64,000 nucleotides of DNA from Lepidodermella squamata (taxonomy: Eukaryota > Animalia > Gastrotricha), in contig JBLDXI010000011.1 of NCBI GenBank assembly GCA_047495785.1, positions 1,550,001-1,614,000 on the forward strand, read 5' to 3'. The notes beneath the pieces are model-generated. The model was given only the letters and a program-made list of their open reading frames with translations, was not told the DNA's origin and searched no databases. Of the stretch, positions 1 to 11,465 are shown piece after piece; position 1 is the stretch's first letter, and each line of letters opens with the position of its first letter. A program made the translations under genes and the position numbers.

Positions 1-328
1 TTCACCATCCACGCCACTGCTCCCTTAAGTACAGTGGTTATTTAAAATAAACAACATATTCAAAGTAACAGATACAGTATTTGTCACTCTCCCTATTATA
101 TCGCAGCTGTACTTTATCATCTACATCACTGATGCTCCCTTTTATGAAGTGTTTTTTTACATTCTAAGCCGCGAGCGATGTAATTAATGCTATTGCCCGT
201 TATGAGGTAGTTTTGATTGTTTTAACTCAAAATAACGTTAGAGGTGTGGTAAATTGCTGCTACATCTTATTATAGGGTAATAAAACATGATATAAAGTTT
301 AACCGATTTTTCAATTTGCAATCTTTAT

Positions 329-548
329 CGTATCAACTCGAAAAGATGCCTACAACTGGCGGCCAAAGCGATCTTTTGATTCCCGGTCGAGCGAGAGTGA
401 CAGCTTCATTGGAGTATGTATAGCTAGCAGATTCTTCGAAGAGTTCGAATTATCGTGAGTTCGCGCCTTGAGATTCTGCATTCCAATCCTAGCTAAACCG
501 GTGAGGTCGAACCAGTCGCATTATACAGCCTAATTTTCCCTATAAAAG
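329..548 (+). promoter_or_regulatory. Conserved family promoter: CGTATCAACTCG box (329-340), GCATTC(C/G)AAT box (~478-487), TATAAAAG (541-548)
   Basis: Same motifs at the same spacing upstream of copies 2, 3, 5 and 6 (TATA at 2066, 4588, 8177, 12425). The first two boxes also precede copies 7 and 8. Confidence 0.7.
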
Positions 549-604
549 GAGTCAAATTTTCCATCTCCACATATTTCTGCCTTTCAACATTTCTTCACAG
601 AATA

Positions 605-1536
605 ATGATCATTGCTAATTTCGCCGTTTTCCTTGCCTTATTGATCAGGACCAGCGCTTGCCCAGCATCATCGACCACTGCAACAGCAACTTCAACGCCA
701 TGCCCGACTACAACAGCTGTTACCGCGGCAACCTGTCCAACTGGTACCAGCTGTGTTTCTACCGCCAACACATGCGCATCGCCGAATCAGTGTGTTAACG
801 GTGCCCAGGCTTGCACTGACCCACTAAAATCCTGCTCGGCCACTGTGAGTGATTGCACAACTGAAGTTTGCATAGTTCGAAATCTTGAATTTTGCAATGC
901 AGCCTAGCTACAACCTGTGCCAAATCGATACGTCCGGTGGTTCAGGCGTTGGTCAGACGGGGGTGAAATATTGCCTCGGCAACGCTGGAGCCTGCAACCT
1001 GTTGACTGGCGGCACGGTAGAATCTGTTGCATATATTTAGTTGGCACTGTTTATAATCAGACGTTACAACATAGACTGCTGTGGCGCCTGCCACCACTTT
1101 CTCTACGTTCGCGTTGTGCTGTGCAGCAACAGGCGCCAATGTCTTCTACGATATGGTTACTACTGCAGGATCACCTGCAACTTATGCGACGATCTGCGTC
1201 GGTTCATCGAGCGCAACCCCATACGTTATATCATCGTCTCAGCCTAGTGCTTCAGCTACAACTGGTACTTGTATTCGCTTCCCCTACACGGCTGGAACGT
1301 CAACTGATGCACTTGTCTCGAACGCTGGTTTGGTAATAGGATTTCAACCTGATTCATTTCCCATTATATTAAATTTCATTTACTTTACCTCACAGAACAA
1401 AAGAATTAATCAAGTTGCGTTTTCATCCTTTGCTGTCTGCTGCTATGCGCTTGGCGCCGGTCCAACCGCTGGAACGCCAGCAACTCCTCTTTCTGCCTAC
1501 GGACTGACCATTGAGAAATGCAGCGGTGGCAACTAG
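605..1536 (+). CDS. Secreted Cys/Thr-rich family, copy 1 (intact, 250 aa); exons 605-844, 903-1016, 1075-1332, 1396-1536
   Basis: Hydrophobic signal peptide ending SA|CP. Three phase-0 GT..AG introns (58, 58, 63 bp) give a stop-free frame ending YGLTIEKCSGGN*. Exon sizes match the paralogues. Confidence 0.9.
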
Positions 1537-2131
1537 AAAAAGCATCAATCAACGACTGGAGACTAATTGACTAATTTTAAACGCATTTTAAAGATAAATA
1601 TTAGCTGTATTGTTCCAGTGACATTGTTTATCGTTCATTCCGAACAATAGAATCCATTTTGTGCTGTTCATCATACGTTTATTATTCGTTAATTTCGAAT
1701 CATCGTTTAGATATAGTTGATAAATACTAAATACGTTTAAAGGAACACATATCCTTCGTTTTTTGTTTTTCTTTGGGCGTTACAGGGAAAGGAGTGGGTT
1801 AGCTACATAGTGTAATAAAACCTTATATCAAATTACCCATTTTTCAATCTTTTTTAACGTATCAACTCGTCAAAATGTGAACAAGTGGCGTCCAAAGCAT
1901 TCATTCACGGTCTGGCGAGAGGGAATTACTTCAATGGAGCATCTATTGCAAGCTGCTTCTTCCATGACTTCGAATGCGATTGAATTCCTGCCTTAAGATA
2001 CTGCATTCGAATCTTAGCTAAGCCGGTGAGGTTGAACCGATCGCAGCCAACGACCTATTTCACCGTATAAAAGACAGTGCACTTTTACCTTAACATTATT
2101 TCTGCTACTTGAAAATTTTCTTCGCTGGAGA

Positions 2132-3054
2132 ATGATCATCGCTACTTTCGCCGTTTTTCTTGCCTTAACGACAGCGGCCTGCGCTTGCCCAGCATCAACG
2201 ACTACGACGCCATGCCCGACTACAACAGCAGCTACCTCGTCGGCAACCTGTCCTAATGGAACCAGCTGTGTTTCTACGGCCAACGCTTGCACATCGCCGA
2301 GCCAATGCGTCATGCGTCACATCAGCCCAGGCTTGCACTGACCCGCTCGAGTCCTGCACGACTACAGTGAGTGACTGAACTTTGCATAGCTTGAAACTTG
2401 ACATCAATATTTTTTCATTGTAGCTTAGTTACAGCCAATGCCAAATTGATACACTCGGAAGTACAGATGTTGGCCAGGAGGGGTTGAAATATTGCCTCGG
2501 CAACGCTGGAGCCTGCAAACTGTTGACTGGCGGCAATGTAGAATCAGTTGCCTATAATTGCCACTGTTTTTAATTTGATGTTTCAACATATATAGGTAGC
2601 TGCGACGCCTACCAACACTTTCACTACGTTCGCGTTGTGCTGTGCGGCAACGGGCGCCAATGTCTTCTACGACATGGTTACGTTTACAGGATCGCCTGCA
2701 ACGTAATCGACGATTTGCGTCGGATCAACGAGCACAGCCCCATACCCGATATCATCGTCTCAATCTAGTGGTTCAGCTACATCTGGTAGCTGTTTACGCT
2801 TCCCACACACGGCTGCATCTGGAATCGATACTATTGTCACAAACGGTGGCATGGTACTATTAACTGATCTTTTCACACTGGATTCACCATAATTATTCCA
2901 AATTCCAACTCAGACTAGAAGAATTAATCTATTTGCGTTTTCATCCTTTGCTGTCTGCAGCTATGCGATTGGCGCCGGTGCAACAGGTAACACGCCAGTA
3001 GCTCCTTCTACTCTGTACGGGCTGACTATTGAGAAATGCAGCGTTGGCAACTAG
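2132..3054 (+). pseudogene. Secreted Cys/Thr-rich family, copy 2 (pseudogene)
   Basis: All four exons are present. A 7-bp tandem duplication ATGCGTC (2305-2318) frameshifts exon 1, TAT>TAA at 2704-2706 stops exon 3, and the exon-4 CC is changed to CS. Confidence 0.88.
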
Positions 3055-4059
3055 AAGAAGCATCGAACAACAGCTCGAGACTAATTGACTAATTATTCAT
3101 CGCACTTTGGAGATACATATTAGCTGCATTGTTTGACTGCTGACATTGTTTATTGTTTATCATGAACACCATTTGTTCTAATCGGATGACTTGCGTATCA
3201 TTTTTATTGCATTTATTAAAGAAGCGCAGATCCTTCGTTATTCTTCAGAATAAATTGATGAGCCATCAATGACCCCACTAACATATTGCTGCCAGTTTTT
3301 TAAGACATCGTTTTCGGCGTTCAAAGTTAGGCTAAGATAGTCTCATCTGACAGTCCTAAACGGCAGGGTGATTGGTCAACTGGGGAATTATAAAAAGCGA
3401 ATAGTAGCATAATGTTTCAAGTAGTAAGTTAATCTTCGACACGCGCGCTGATTGGTCAATTGAGTGTTGCTATGACTGCGAGATGAAACATTCCTGTCGT
3501 GCGATCCACTAATAAATAATTTAATATTTACGTAAATATTTACATTTTCAAAGACCTGCTCAGACCTTGTGGCCCCAAGTTTTGTGTCAAAAGAACCGCC
3601 GGGTCATGGCCTACATTTTGCCGTCAGGCATTTCGCCCTACGACGCATCGTTGACCAGACGGACGACTTTCGACAGACCCAGGAATTAGATCTAAATATC
3701 GGATCTCGCAGTCTATTTTTGGCAGTTAAAGTGTTATCTACTTCTGAAGAAAATGAAAATTTCTTGAACTTAATTAGGGCTTTAATTTACATTGTCAATT
3801 CTTCTCTCAAAGGAGTACGTCTATCTATTGGTAGAAAACATAACTAATTCAGAGAATTTAGCATCGGCATGATTATGACATAATTTGAAGGTGAAAACAA
3901 TGTTCCTCATTAGTCAGCGATTTTCTGAAGACAACAAATTAAATGTCTTTAATAAAATAAAATAATATAATATTCATATAATATTGGCTTGGCGGAATAA
4001 ACGTATTTCGTACCAGACAGCTCAAAATAGATGACCCGATTATTTTTCTTTTGCACTTT

Positions 4060-4232
4060 AAAAGAAACAGATACAGTATTTGTTACTATCACTATTATAT
4101 CGCTGCTGGGCTTCATAATCTACGCCACTGATGCTCCCTTTAGTAAAGTGGTTTTTTACATTAAAAGTAAACAAATTAAAGTAACAGAGACAGTATTTGT
4201 CACTCGCCTTATGATATCGCTGCTGTACACGT
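4060..4232 (+). repeat. ~110-115 bp tandem dimer (GTAACAGATACAGTATTTGT..ATATCGCTGCTG..GCTCCCTT) upstream of family copies; also at ~1-165, 7592-7790 and 11823-12045
   Basis: Direct sequence comparison shows two units upstream of copies 1, 3, 5 and 6, and none before copy 2. Confidence 0.75.
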
Positions 4233-4652
4233 TGTAATTAAAGCTAACAGGTTATGAGGTAATTTTCATTATTTTTACCTCAAAATAATAGCTGCTATAA
4301 GTATTATTATTATTATTACATATGAGGTAATAAAACATGATATCAGTTTAAACCAATTTTCAATCTATTTTAACGTATCAACTCGAAAAGATGACAACAA
4401 GTGGCTTCCAAAGCGAAGCATTGATTGTTGTTCGAGCGAGAGTGAATAACTTCATTGAAGCTTCTGTACCTAGCTGATCCTTCAAAGAGTTCGAATCGCC
4501 GTGTATTCATGCCTTGACATACTGCATTCAAATCGTAGCTGAGCCGGTAAGGTCGAACCGGTCGCCCTAAACAACATAAATTTTTCGTATAAAAGGAAGC
4601 ACATTTTCCTCTCTACTCTAATTCTGTGGCTTGAACATTTCTTCCAAGGAGA

Positions 4653-5580
4653 ATGATCATTGGTAGCTTCGCCGTTTTTCCGGCCATATTGACCAGGGCC
4701 AGCGCTTGCCCAGCATCATCGACCACTGCTACAGCAACTTCAACGCCATGCCCGACTACAACAGCTGTTACCTCATCGTCGGCAACCTGTCCAACTGGTA
4801 CCAGCTGTGTTTCTACATCCAATACTTGCGCATCGTCGAATCAATGTGTCACCTCGGCCCAGTCGTGCACGGACCCGCTTAAATCCTGCTCGACCACGGT
4901 GAGTGACTGTGCCTACAATTGAAGATAAAAAAATCAAATTATTCACTGCAGCCTAGCTACAACCTATGCCAAATCGATACGCTCGGTGGTTCAGGTGTTG
5001 GTCAGTTGGGGGTGAAATATTGTCTCGGCAACGCTGGAGCCTGCAACCTGTTAAATGGCGGCACGGTAGAATCAATTATAGTTCCCAGTTTGCACAGTTT
5101 TTATGATGTTACATTTACATAGGCAGCTGCGGCGCCCACCACCACTTTCACCACGTTCGCGTTGTGCTGTGCAGCAACGGGCGCCAATGTCTTCTATGAC
5201 ATGGTTACTACTATGTTTCCGCCTGTAACTTATACGACGATTTGCGTCGGATCATCTAGCTCAAACCCTTACCCCATATCATCGCCTCAACCTAGTGCCT
5301 CAGCTACAACTGGTACTTGCGTTCGCTTCCCGCACACGGCTATACTGTCAACCGCTGAACTTGTCTCGAACGCTGGTTTGGTTAGAGGATTGCAGCCTGA
5401 TATTTTGCCCGTTGTATTAACCAAAGTTTATTTTTACAGACCAGAAGAATTAATTCATTTGTGTTCACATCCTTTGCTGTCTGCTGCTATGCACTTGGTG
5501 CCGGTGCAACCGCTGGAACGCCATCAATTCTCCTTGCTGTCTACGGACTGATAGTTGAGAAATGCGTCGGAAGCAACTAG
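4653..5580 (+). CDS. Secreted Cys/Thr-rich family, copy 3 (intact, 252 aa); exons 4653-4898, 4952-5065, 5123-5380, 5440-5580
   Basis: Signal peptide, canonical splice sites, exon sizes 246/114/258/141, TATA at 4588. Confidence 0.9.
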
Positions 5581-6291
5581 AACTACGGAACTCATTGACT
5601 AAATAACTCATTGCATTATAGCTTCATTTTTATGAGTGACATATTGTTTATTGTTGGACCCATCAATTTTGTAGTTTTACCTTTTTCGACAGTAAATTTG
5701 TTTTTCGTTCTCTCACCGCATCGTCATTTTGAAAGCTACGTCAAAATCCTTTTAACCACCTAAACCTAGCGATTAGAGCTTTCGAATTCATGATCGAAAT
5801 CAACCATGGAAAAATTCGCCAAAATGAGCGAATGGCAGCAATTTATAATGTTGCAAAACGTTTTGGACACACTGTATAATATGGCCTAAAACACGAGTTA
5901 CCGACAGAGAATCGTAACTTTTCTCCGAACATAAGTCAGTGTGGGAAGAGAGTGGCGAGAGATGATCTGAAGCGCTTTTTACCAGCTATGTATGCCACCT
6001 GCAGCTATGTTTTGCGCCTACTCGCGACCCTCTCGGGTTTACGGTTATTGCGGGGTGGGTCGAGAATAGGGTCGTCACCGACGGAAAAAAAAAGTTTTCG
6101 CTGTTTTTAGCATTTTCTTGTAGCTAAATTTCTTAATCAGATATTGTTGTTAATCAGATAGCAGAATTTTTATTTACAAAACTTCGGAACAAGTCCAAGG
6201 AACAAATTCACAGAAGAAAAATGACGAATTTATTTAATATGAGACCATGGATGTTCAAAAACGGCGTCGCCGACAGAGGGGGTGAAAAAAT

Positions 6292-6395
6292 TGCTCCGCG
6301 GCGTGGGTTCAAACCCTCCTTTCGTTCTTAGCTATGCTTAGAGCTTTGGATGTGCTTCTAGAAAGTTTCTAGAAGCACATCCAAAGCCACTCGAC
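6292..6395 (-). repeat. tRNA-like (SINE head or pseudo-tRNA) sequence containing a perfect 22-bp inverted repeat (6343-6387)
   Basis: The minus strand has an A-box-like TGGTCGAGTGG and a B-box-like GGTTTGAACCC flanking GCTTTGGATGTGCTTCTAGAAA-N-TTTCTAGAAGCACATCCAAAGC. The acceptor stem does not pair. Confidence 0.4.
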
Positions 6396-6620
6396 CACTG
6401 AACGCAACATATCAGTAATAATTGAATTGAATATTTATGTATCATTTATAGCCCCACACCTGTGCCCCATCCGTGGGGCTATTCGGAATCGTGGTGCCAT
6501 TGGAATCAGGACCTTCTGAAACGTGTAAAAATGCAAAAAAATCAGGGGGTAATTTTTTTGGAACGGCGATCCGAACTGGGGTATCCGGATAACTGACGGT
6601 AATTTCGGCGTTTTTCGTAT

Positions 6621-7020
6621 GCCGTATTAGCCAGGGCCAGCGCTTGCCCAGCATCATCGACCACTGTTACAGCAACACAACAGGAATTGGTAAGACGGCG
6701 TTGAAATTTTGCCTGGGTAACGCTAGAGCCTGCAGCCAGTTAACCACCGGCACGGTAGAATCTATTGCCAATATATTGAGTTGGTATTGTTTATAATTTG
6801 ACGTTGCAATATAGTTGCGATATAGGTAATAGGGTTGCAACCTGTTTCCCATTGTATTAACCAAAATTTGCCTAATTAGACCCGAAGAATCAATTCATTT
6901 GAGTTTTCATCCTTTGCTGTCTGCTGCTATGCGATTGGCGCCGGTGCAACTGCTAACACGCCATCAAATGCTCTTGCTGTCTGCGGACTGTTAATTGAGA
7001 AATGCAGCGGTGGCAACTAG
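6621..7020 (+). pseudogene. Secreted Cys/Thr-rich family, copy 4 (deleted chimeric pseudogene)
   Basis: No promoter or ATG. An exon-1 remnant (6621-6676) is fused to mid exon 2 (6681), exon 3 is missing between intact introns 2 and 3, and exon 4 is intact to TAG 7020. Confidence 0.88.
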
Positions 7021-7149
7021 CATTGGGATCCATTGACTGATTGACTGATCGCATTAAAGATATTAGCTTTATTCTATGAGTGACGTTGTTTATTGCTTAT
7101 TACGAAAAATAAAACGCCATGTGTGCACATCGGCTGAGTTGTTCATCAT

Positions 7150-7345
7150 GGCGGAATTACTTGATATCGAATCGTTAACTCGGCCTTGAAACTTCCTGTC
7201 AGACAGATAATCTTCGAGCCAGTTGACTTCTTCCAGTTTGAACAGTGAGATGCTGATATGAACAACATTGATCGGTTTGACAAGTCCAAATCGACGCAAT
7301 CCTCCATTCCAATCCTACGAGCAAAGCAACAGCTGAAGTTCGCAA
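7150..7345 (-). mobile_element. Degraded non-LTR retrotransposon (LINE) reverse-transcriptase fragment
   Basis: Frameshifted DCVDLDLSK.(F/I)NVVH..SLFKL..NWLEDYLSDRKFQGRVNDSIS matches the LD.SKAFD.V.H..L..KL..W+..YL..R.Q.V.VN motif of non-LTR RTs. Confidence 0.7.
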
Positions 7346-8242
7346 TGTCGTATTGGCAAATTTGAATTTGAGATCGAAAATACGCGACTGCAAATCAAAA
7401 TTACCAAACCCAAAGCAGTTTAAATTTTGAGCTTCAAAAATGAAGCTCAAAATTGAATTCGAAAATTCGCTTGGGTGCAAAAGAATTCCGCCGTGAAAGG
7501 GTTAGGCAAAAATCCGTAATAAATATTTGATTAAATTATTTCGAACCAGCTAGCTCAAAATAGATGACCTGAATATTTTTTTTGCACTTTACAAGTAACA
7601 GATACAGTATTTGTTACTATCCTCATTATATCGCTGCTGTATACTTTGCCATCTACGTGGCTGCTCCCTTTGTTTTTCACATTAAAAGTGAACAAATTAA
7701 AAGTAACAGATACAGTATTTGTCGCTCTCCCTGTCATATCACTGCTGTACTTTGCTGATGATTCCTTTAGTATACAGCGGGGTTTTAGATATCAAGCCGC
7801 GAGCGATGTAATTAATGCTAGCCCGTTATGAGGTAATTTTGTTGTCATTGCCTAGAATAACGCGATATGGCGCGCTGAAATAGTTGACGTGGATGGTTGT
7901 TAATTGCTGCTAAATATAATTAGTGTAATAAAGCATGACATCAAGTTTAGCCAATATTCAATCGTATCAACTCGAAAAGATGACAAGAGGAGGCACCAAA
8001 GGTAATCATTGGTTCTTGGTTGGGCAAGAGAAAATCCCTTCATTAGAGCCCCTATAGCTTGCTGATTCTTCGAAGAGTTCGAATGCGAGTGATTTCATGC
8101 CTTGAGATACTGCATTCGAATCCTAAGGCTTAGCCGGTAAGGTCGAACCGGTCGCACTCAACAACCTAATTCACCCTATAAAAGGCAATGAATCTGCCAT
8201 CCTAAGATCATTTCTGCCACTTGAACTTTTCTTCACTCGAGA

Positions 8243-9167
8243 ATGATCTTCGCTTGCTTCGCCGTTTTCCTTGCCGTACTGACGACGGGCAGCGCTTGCC
8301 CAGCATCAACGACCCTTGCAACAGCGACTTCAACGCCATGCCCGACTACAACAGCTGTTACCGCGGCAACCTGTCCAACTGGTACTAGCTGTGTTTCTAC
8401 CGCCAACACATGCGCATCACCGAATCAGTGTGTTAACGGTGCCCAGGCTTGCACTGACCCGCTTAAATCGTGCACGACTTCAGTGAGTGATTGTAAAACT
8501 GAAAATTGCCTCGCTAGAAATCCTGAATTTTTCACTGCAGCCTATCTACAGCCTATGCCAAATCGATACGCTCGGTGGTTCAGGAATTGGTAAGACGGCG
8601 TTGAAATATTGCCTCGGCAACGCTGGAGCCTGCAGCCAGTTAACCACCGGCATGGTAGAATCTATTGCTAATATATTGGCTTGGCATTGCTCATAATTTG
8701 ACGTTGCAATATAGACAGCCTCGGCGCCAACCACCACTTTCTCTACGTTCGCGTTGTGCTGTGCGGCAACGGGCTCCAACGTCTTCTACGACATGATTAC
8801 TTTTATTGGGCCGCCTCTATCATATACGACGATTTGCGTCGGATCTTCAAGCTCAACTCCATACCCCATATCATCGTCTTCGCCCAGTGCCTCAGCTACA
8901 TCTAGTACTTGTGTTCGCTTCCCACACACGGGTTTACTATCAAGCGCTGAACTTGTCTCGAACGCTGCTCTGGTAATAGGGTTGCAACCTGTTTCCCATT
9001 GTATTAACCATAATTTGCCTAATTAGACCCGAAGAATTAATCTGTTTGAGTTTGCATCCTTCGCTGTCTGCTGCTATGCGATTGGCGCCGGTGCAACTGC
9101 TAACACGCCATCAAATGCTCTTGCTGTCTACGGACTGTTAATTGAGAAATGCAGCGGTGGCAACTAG
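8243..9167 (+). CDS. Secreted Cys/Thr-rich family, copy 5 (intact, 250 aa); exons 8243-8482, 8541-8654, 8715-8972, 9027-9167
   Basis: Signal peptide, canonical splice sites, exon sizes 240/114/258/141, TATA at 8177. Confidence 0.9.
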
Positions 9168-9319
9168 AGCTGCAGTTAGCATCGGGACTCATTTACTAAT
9201 TGACTGATCGCATTTAAGATATTACCTTCATTCTATTGCTTATTATTGACGTTGTTTATTGCTTATTACGAAAAATAAAGCGCCATGTGTGCACATTGCT
9301 GAGTTGTTCATCATGGCAC

Positions 9320-9535
9320 TTCGGAAATATTCGATATCGAATCGTTAACTCTCGGCCTTGAAACTTCCTGTCAGACAGATAATCTTCGAGCCAGTTGACT
9401 TCTTCCAGCTTGAACAGTGAGATGCTGATATGAACAACATTGAACGCTTCGACAGGTCCAAATCGACGCAATCGCCCCGTTCTATCGCAGCATTCCAATC
9501 CTACGAGCAAAGCAACAGCTGAAGTTCGCAATGTC
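9320..9535 (-). mobile_element. Second copy of the degraded LINE RT fragment, co-duplicated with the gene unit
   Basis: Near-identical to 7150-7345 and in the same position downstream of exon 4. Confidence 0.7.
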
Positions 9536-10314
9536 GTAGGCAATTCGAATTGAGATCGAAAATGTGATTACGCGACTGCAAATCAAAATTATCAAACGCA
9601 GTTTAAATTTTGAGCTTCAAAAATGAATTGCCATATCTGATATTAGGGACGGTTTATACTCGGTTTATATTGGTGGTTATCGGTACTACCGGTAGTTTTA
9701 CCTGCTATTTGATAAAACCGGTACATATGCAGCCCTGTTGGCCTTTTCACGGCGGGAAGGGCGAATTCGGAATTTCAACTGATAATTTACATAGTTTCAT
9801 CAATTTAACGAACTTTTCTATCCCATTGGCAAAATACTACTTTCGGATGTTGCCTACACGAATCTGAAACTAAAACTTTATCATCGTAAATTATCGTAAA
9901 TCAAGCTGCCATGAAGAGTCATGCGGCCAACTGGAGCCAAGGATCCAATCCTCGAGTGGGAAAGCTGCTGGTAATTCCCGCCAAGCAGTTCCTCCGAGAC
10001 TGCGGCTCCCTTCCTCCCGGTGTAGGACGCCATTCAGCGGCAATCAAGAGATATGGCTACTCGGTGCGAAAGCCTGGGGACCATGGATCGATCAACAATA
10101 ATCAGCTCATGTATAGATGGCTCCCAGGCCTCATATATGTGATGACATGTGATCCAAGTGCTAAATGTCGAAAGGCGAATTGCGCAATAAATTATGAGTA
10201 TGAGTATCGCTTCCCTTCTTTGCAATACGATCAATTTTAAAATTTCAAACCGTTGCACGTTTATCTTCTTTTTTTCAGTCGTGTGAAACGATGTTTTGGG
10301 TATTTTTCGGGTGG

Positions 10315-11465
10315 CTGAGCGAGCGTAGCAGAAAAGTGAGTTGCGCTGCAGAGTGAACGTAGCAGAAATCAAAACAGTGTAGCAACAACGCGTGTTTAGT
10401 AGCACTTAAACGTAATCCGTCGCGCATTCATCTAATCCGCTGCGTAAACGAGTGCTATGACGCGGCAGGCGGTGCGACGGTCGCAAAAATAAGGGTGAAC
10501 GTAGCAATTTGATCAAAACTGAATTTGGTAAAAAGTTGTTATATTATGGACGAAGCCGACAGAAATTTCTTATCTGGCATAGACAACACTGTAACAGATA
10601 GGAAGCAAACGATCTTTGTATAGTGACTTTATATTCGAGCTGAATTCGCAAAGATGCGACACGCGACCACTTTATGCCACCTAACGCCCGTTAAAAATTT
10701 AATTATTTAAAAAAAATCGACAGACGAAATAATCATTGTCAAATTTGTTGTGTTTTGGCGGATAAATACTAGATTTCTCGCGGTCTATCGAATGAGCCCA
10801 GCTAAATCTTGCAGGCTCTCATAATTAATTTTCTAGCATTTTTGAAAACAGCTGTCTTTGCTGGTTTACGACAACTTTGCCATTCTTCTTTGCCATTCTT
10901 TGCCATTCTTTTGAATTTTACAGGTGAGCGACTGCGTCGGATGAAAAGTCGCAACAGTATATAAATAATATTAATAGTAATCTTTTCATTTAGTCAATGT
11001 CTATACCGATAAACGGTTTTGAAGAGGGCGAAGGCTGGCGAAAAGATAGAAATCACCCACCCCCTCAGTTGAAGATCCTACTTTTTCCGAGAAATTCATA
11101 ATCATTAATTTTGTTAACAATCATGTGTTAACAAAAGTCGCAGGAGTATATAAAAATACCTAAAAATATCTACTAAAAATACCTTAGTTTTTCGAGCTCT
11201 ATCCGAAAAAAATGTTTCACGATGATCTGAAAACATGGGTTGGGTAGTCGGTCAAATTGACATGGAATTTCCCCAATTCAATTTTGCTTGAATTATTCAA
11301 ATAAATGTTTTAAATAATCTGTAATTATAACTTTTTCGACTTGCTACGTTCACTCAGATTTTTGCTACGGTACTTCAGATTTGCTACATAACACCGGGTG
11401 GTGCTACACTCGCACAGATTTTGAGCGCTCGTTGCGCTTCTCCTAATTCTGCTACACTCACTCAG
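10315..11465. mobile_element. Non-autonomous DNA transposon-like element with terminal inverted repeats and subterminal GTAGCA repeats
   Basis: The left end CTGAGCGAGCGTAGCAGAA matches the reverse complement of the right end (CTGAGTGAGTGTAGCAGAA). GTAGCA arrays lie on the left and TGCTAC arrays on the right. No ORF. It sits in a ~2-kb block absent from the paralogous unit. Confidence 0.6.

Noticed and set aside
431-450. Heat-shock element or STAT site in the family promoter (TTCTTCGAAGAGTTCGAA)
   Set aside because: The spacing does not fit nGAAn arrays, and the TTCNNNGAA match is absent from copies 2 and 3.
6292-6395. Functional tRNA gene
   Set aside because: The acceptor stem does not pair and the anticodon arm is replaced by a long palindrome.
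9911-10405. ORFs of 109 and 123 aa as genes or a transposase
   Set aside because: No recognisable motifs, and they lie in the inserted TE-like block.
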